Of a stretch of DNA of 64,000 nucleotides, positions 60,134-64,000 are shown piece after piece (the first letter of the stretch is position 1; every line of letters starts with the position of its first letter). Source of the DNA: an uncultured Arcobacter sp. (lineage in GTDB: Bacteria > Campylobacterota > Campylobacteria > Campylobacterales > Arcobacteraceae); assembly GCA_965140705.1 (NCBI GenBank), contig OZ223300.1:1888001-1952000 (forward strand), given 5' to 3'. The translations under genes and the position numbers were made by a program. Under the pieces are notes generated by a model. The model worked only from the letters and a program-made list of their open reading frames with translations, was not told the origin of the DNA and ran no database searches.

Positions 60134-62398
60134 TTAAATATCATCTTTCCCAATAAACTCTTTTTCATCTACATTTTTTACAATCACTTTTGCTATGTCA
60201 TCTGTTTCATCTGCAATATTTTTTGTTTCATTTGAAATATTAGCATTTTCTTGAGTTTTACCATCTAATGAATTGACAGCATCATTAATTTGTTCAATTC
60301 CTGATTGTTGTTCTTTTGTTGCAACTTCTACTTCTGAAATAAGATCAATGGTTTTTAAAATATTATCATTTAAACCTTGATAACCATCTATCATTCTTGT
60401 AGCAATCTCTTTTCCATTGTTCGCTTTATTTATTGCAGATTCAACTAAAGATTTAATTTCATTTGCAGAGTCAGCACTTCTTGAAGCTAAATTTCTTACT
60501 TCTTGTGCAACAACTGCAAATCCTTTTCCAGCTTCTCCTGCTGTTGCTGCTTCAACTGCTGCATTTAAAGATAATATATTTGTTTGAAATGCAATTTGAT
60601 CAATAATAGAAATAGCCTCACTAATAGCAGAAACTTGGTTGTCAATTTCATTCATTGAAGTAACTGTTTCTTCGGCTAAACTTTTACCTTCATTTGCAGA
60701 TGTAGTTAATTCTTTAGCATAATCTGCCATTTTTATAACATTTCTAGTATTTTGCGTAATATTAGAAGTAATCTCTTCCAAAGAAGCTGCCGTTTCTTCC
60801 AAGGAAGCGGCAGAAATATTTGAATTTGTATTTAAAAGATTTACATTTTCAAGTAGCACTTTACTACTTTTAGCAAGAACTAAACCTGTTTTTTTATTTT
60901 CAACAAGCATTTCATTTATTATATTTGCAAAATTATTTAATCCTTTCTCTACTTTTCCTGTATCATTTTGAATTCTATGTCTAAAATCTAAATTTTGATA
61001 TGAGTTAAGTGCATCTAATATTTTATTTAAATCATCACTAATATTTACAGACAAAATTTCAAGCATTTCATTTATAATGACTTTAAGCTCATTTAAACTT
61101 TCATCTTTTGAGTTTTTAGTAATAGTTTGTTTAATTCTACCCTCTTTTACATGCTCAACAACATCTTTAACTTCATCAATTAAAGCAATATCTTCATCTA
61201 ATTTAATTTTAATAGTTGATATATTATCATTAATCTGTTTTGACATGACGCCAAATTCATCATTTGAATTTATTTTAATTTGTTCAGTTGATGATGTTTC
61301 TTTATTTAAATAGCTAAAAAAAGAAGTTAATCCATTTGTGATATTTTTTAAATTTCTATCTAAAGCTCTTGTATTAAAAGCAATAACCATACCAACTAAA
61401 ATAAAGCTAATAATACCTGAAATGATTGAAAACCATTTAATATAAATAGTACTTTCTAGGTATTCTTCTATAGGAACAGATAATATTAAACCCCAAAAAA
61501 CACCAGTTCTTTCAATTTGAAAAGGGATTGCAATAAACTCAGACATAAGCCCATTTCGCTCATCTATCCCTTTATAAAATAACTTTTTATTTTCACGTAA
61601 CTTTTTAGGTAAATCAAGTAAAAATTTATTTTTTGAAATATCTTTTATATTTTTACTTAAAAATTTTAAATCTGGATATCCAACAATTGTACCCTCTTGT
61701 GTAATTAAACTTGCATAACCATTTTTAAATATTTTAAGGTCTCTTATTCTCTCAGACATTTTCTTTAAAGCTATATCAACCCCAACAGTACCAATAAATT
61801 CACCTTTATAATATACTGGGTGTGCCGCAGCTGTAATCAATGTTTGAACGCCATTTATTGGATAAAAATATGGTTTAGTGACAAACTCTTTTCCAGATTC
61901 TCTTGGTCCGTCTACCCATGGTCTATCTGGATAATTTTCATCTGCACCAGGAAGTACACTTATCTTACCATCTACATTTACAATAAAAGGTGCAAATCTT
62001 CCATCTTTATCATGTCCATCTTTATTTGCTAATGTTGGATCTGTTTTAAATAATATTCCCCCATTTATTTCTACCCATAGTCCAAATACTTCAGTATTTT
62101 TTAAAAGCATGTTTTTCATCACTTCTCTAATATCTTCTTTTTTAAGATCTTGCTTATTTTTCAATGCAACTTCAAAATATGAAGCAAATCCACGAGAAAT
62201 AACAACAGCTTTATTTAATAAATCTTTTGATTTTTGAACATTAATATCTGCAATACTATCCATATATAGCTCAGCTGTATGTTTACTATTTTTAAACGAC
62301 TTATCTTGTATTAAATATGTAGAAATCACTGATGAAACTAAAACTACTCCCATAATGCTCAAAAATAAACGTTTTGAAAAACTTAGGCCCTTTTTCAT
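60134..62398 (-). CDS. Methyl-accepting chemotaxis protein with Cache sensor domain
   Basis: Two TM segments, dCache-like TKPYFY...GTVGVDI, and [34 protein letters not shown]. Confidence 0.95.
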   Translation of the reverse strand: MKKGLSFSKRLFLSIMGVVLVSSVISTYLIQDKSFKNSKHTAELYMDSIADINVQKSKDLLNKAVVISRGFASYFEVALKNKQDLKKEDIREVMKNMLLKNTEVFGLWVEINGGILFKTDPTLANKDGHDKDGRFAPFIVNVDGKISVLPGADENYPDRPWVDGPRESGKEFVTKPYFYPINGVQTLITAAAHPVYYKGEFIGTVGVDIALKKMSERIRDLKIFKNGYASLITQEGTIVGYPDLKFLSKNIKDISKNKFLLDLPKKLRENKKLFYKGIDERNGLMSEFIAIPFQIERTGVFWGLILSVPIEEYLESTIYIKWFSIISGIISFILVGMVIAFNTRALDRNLKNITNGLTSFFSYLNKETSSTEQIKINSNDEFGVMSKQINDNISTIKIKLDEDIALIDEVKDVVEHVKEGRIKQTITKNSKDESLNELKVIINEMLEILSVNISDDLNKILDALNSYQNLDFRHRIQNDTGKVEKGLNNFANIINEMLVENKKTGLVLAKSSKVLLENVNLLNTNSNISAASLEETAASLEEITSNITQNTRNVIKMADYAKELTTSANEGKSLAEETVTSMNEIDNQVSAISEAISIIDQIAFQTNILSLNAAVEAATAGEAGKGFAVVAQEVRNLASRSADSANEIKSLVESAINKANNGKEIATRMIDGYQGLNDNILKTIDLISEVEVATKEQQSGIEQINDAVNSLDGKTQENANISNETKNIADETDDIAKVIVKNVDEKEFIGKDDI

Positions 62399-62772
62399 TT
62401 TAATCCTCTTATTTATAAAAAATCATATTTTATTTACTATATTGTAAATTTAAAATATTATAAAATACAACTTAGTAAAAATAGTAATATTATCAAACTA
62501 TATCTATAGTTTACTTAATAATTATAAATTTATACTATATTATAAACTTAAGCCTATTATAAAGGATAATCCAACAAAAATAAAATTATTTTATTAGAAT
62601 AAAGCTTCTTCTTTGAAACATATAACAAATCTTTTTGTCATGTAAATTAAGAAATAAATACTTTTTTATCTGTGTAAAAATGAGAAAGTGAAAATTCAAC
62701 CTTTTTGGGGTGTAGTTTTTAATAAGATTCTATATAATATTTTAGGGTTGGGGAAAGAGAATAGATAGGATT

Positions 62773-62798
62773 AAATAAGTATTGTATCCCTGGGTTTT
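62773..62798. repeat. REP-like degenerate copy B
   Basis: AAATAAGTATTGTATCCCTGGGTTTT. AATAAGTATTGT recurs at 63581. Confidence 0.4.
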
Positions 62799-63545
62799 TT
62801 AAATTTTTTTCCAGATAGTTTTACCCGTGGCACAAACTTTATTTGTGCTTTTAATTTGAATAGTATGTACAAAAGAGTTTTCAGAACTATCCTTTTTTGT
62901 TGAAGATAAAATCACATCACCATATTGAGCCTCTGATATAAAACGCCCATCTATAAAGTACAAATAATAGTTATTTAGTATCTCATTAGGTATTGATTCT
63001 ATTAGCCATTGTAGATATCTAAGATTATTAACATGTTTGTTAGTATCAGTATCATACATATTAACTTTAAACTCTTTTCTATATTCAAAAGAATCAAGAG
63101 GTTCAATTTTATTACTTATATCATGTTCATGAGATACTGATTTGTCTGATGACCATCTTTTTAAAAAGTCTGGAAGTATTCGTGTAGGTCTTCTTTTTTT
63201 TATATCATAAAAAAGCCATAAACCTCTAGCTCTTCCTATAATATTATAGTTTTCATCATAAATGATATTTTCTCTAAATCCTCTAATAGTCTGATATTTT
63301 GATATCCAAGTTCTAATAATTATTTTTTCTTTATATAAAGGATAACGTTGCATTTGCATCATACCAGATAACAATACCCATCCAAGATTTTCTGACATCA
63401 AAGATAAAAGATTATGCCCAGCATAATGACAATGCTCAGCAGCAGTTTCTTGAAGCAAAGTCAATATAGCAATAGGAGAAGCTTCTCCTAATCTATTCAT
63501 CTCAAAAAATCTCAATTCAAACTCTTTATCAAAATAGTTTTCCAC
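62799..63545 (-). CDS. Acyl-ACP thioesterase
   Basis: LQETAAEH, WVL, I.TW, D.DTNKHVNN..Y..W. GTG start after AAGGAG. Confidence 0.9.
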   Translation of the reverse strand: MENYFDKEFELRFFEMNRLGEASPIAILTLLQETAAEHCHYAGHNLLSLMSENLGWVLLSGMMQMQRYPLYKEKIIIRTWISKYQTIRGFRENIIYDENYNIIGRARGLWLFYDIKKRRPTRILPDFLKRWSSDKSVSHEHDISNKIEPLDSFEYRKEFKVNMYDTDTNKHVNNLRYLQWLIESIPNEILNNYYLYFIDGRFISEAQYGDVILSSTKKDSSENSFVHTIQIKSTNKVCATGKTIWKKI

Positions 63546-63566
63546 AAAAACTCCTTTAGTAAATAG

Positions 63567-63595
63567 AATATATGCAATTTAATAAGTATTGTCAA
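63567..63595 (-). promoter_or_regulatory. sigma70-type promoter for the thioesterase, overlapping repeat copy C
   Basis: Minus strand TTGACA-17 nt-TATATT. Confidence 0.5.
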
Positions 63596-63619
63596 GGGTA
63601 AAGGGAAAATCCCCGGATT

Positions 63620-63726
63620 TTCAATTGCTTTAGATAATGATTCTGCATGATTTGTCATAAGACAGTAAGATATTATTTCTAATCCATGCAGTATATAGTA
63701 TCTACTATTCTTCTTATTCTTGCCAT
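63620..63726 (-). pseudogene. Internally deleted RAYT/IS200-like (Y1 HuH) transposase remnant
   Basis: AGGAG RBS + MARIRRIV, then in a shifted frame GLEIISYCLMTNH and AESLSKAI. The expected ...NHxH motif is cut. Confidence 0.7.
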
Positions 63727-63806
63727 TTTTAATCTCCTATATTTTAGGTATTAAAAATGATACAACAATAAAATTTACTTATTTAAAAATATTACATTTT
63801 GCAATT

Positions 63807-63832
63807 AATTAGTATCCTGTCCTCGAAATTTT
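63807..63832. repeat. REP-like copy D upstream of the RAYT remnant
   Basis: AATTAGTATCCTGTCCTCGAAATTTT. Confidence 0.6.
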
Positions 63833-63875
63833 TGGAGCAACAATTCACATTTTCTGGTAACTATGCTTCCTTTTC

Positions 63876-63944
63876 ATATAACCTTTAAAATGAGTAATCA
63901 TTCTCCCCTACGGGTTAATGATTGGCTCCTTTGATTTGTTATAT
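63876..63944 (-). mobile_element. Integron attC-like recombination site
   Basis: Minus strand ATATAAC-AAATC-AAAGGAGCC-AATCATT-AACCCGTAGGGGAG-AATGATT-ACTCATT-TTAAAG-GTTATAT. R''/R' are complementary and there is an internal palindrome; 69 bp. Confidence 0.7.
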
Positions 63945-64000
63945 ATTTGTATCATGGTGAATACACCCTTTGTAAAATTTTCTTATGTTTGAGAATATTG
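63939..64000 (-). CDS. Possible 3' end of a cassette gene entering from outside the window
   Basis: Frame ...IFSNIRKFYKGCIHHDTNI* ends on the TAA inside R'' (ATATAAC), as cassette ORFs often do. Confidence 0.35.
   Translation of the reverse strand, partial: IFSNIRKFYKGCIHHDTNI

Noticed and set aside
1193..62032. Numerous short antisense or nested ORFs in the track (e.g. 1193, 2932, 6420, 6993, 12770, 20973, 37492, 61077)
   Set aside because: They lie opposite or inside well-supported genes and have no recognisable motifs; treated as shadow ORFs.
62690..62720. IS3-family terminal-repeat-like sequence (TTCAACCTTTTTGGGGTGTAGTT); similar weak hints at 57378-57410 and 28021-28029
   Set aside because: No partner repeat or transposase ORF, and the terminal CA is missing. 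Too weak to call.

Overview
Very AT-rich bacterial chromosomal window. Gene content, protein style and AAGGA-type RBSs point to Campylobacterota, most likely Arcobacteraceae (inference). It holds about 65 genes, mostly unrelated: uvrA, ahpC-trxA, a cold-shock gene, a complete Ttr-clade molybdoenzyme operon (ttrBCA) with its own two-component pair, a class D (OXA) beta-lactamase, many exporters, and several sensor kinases. I saw no rRNA, tRNA or CRISPR array. The best signals are not in the ORF track. (1) A ~4.2 kb decayed integrative element (24042-28363) sits in the 3' end of a dihydrolipoyl-dehydrogenase-family gene. It has a 47/48-bp att repeat, a swapped C-terminus, a tyrosine-integrase C-terminal remnant and an MBOAT/SGNH O-acylation cargo, whose third gene is broken at a G8 tract and has ATA in place of a start codon. 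(2) The right end has an integron attC-like site (63876-63944), an internally deleted RAYT/Y1 transposase remnant, and REP-like repeats that bracket an MCP gene and an acyl-ACP thioesterase gene. (3) There is an encapsulin-type ferritin with no targeting peptide and no shell gene in the window. (4) Also present: unannotated small ORFs, a probable ATT start codon, a candidate leader peptide and shared promoter motifs. All calls come from reading motifs by eye; no database searches were run.
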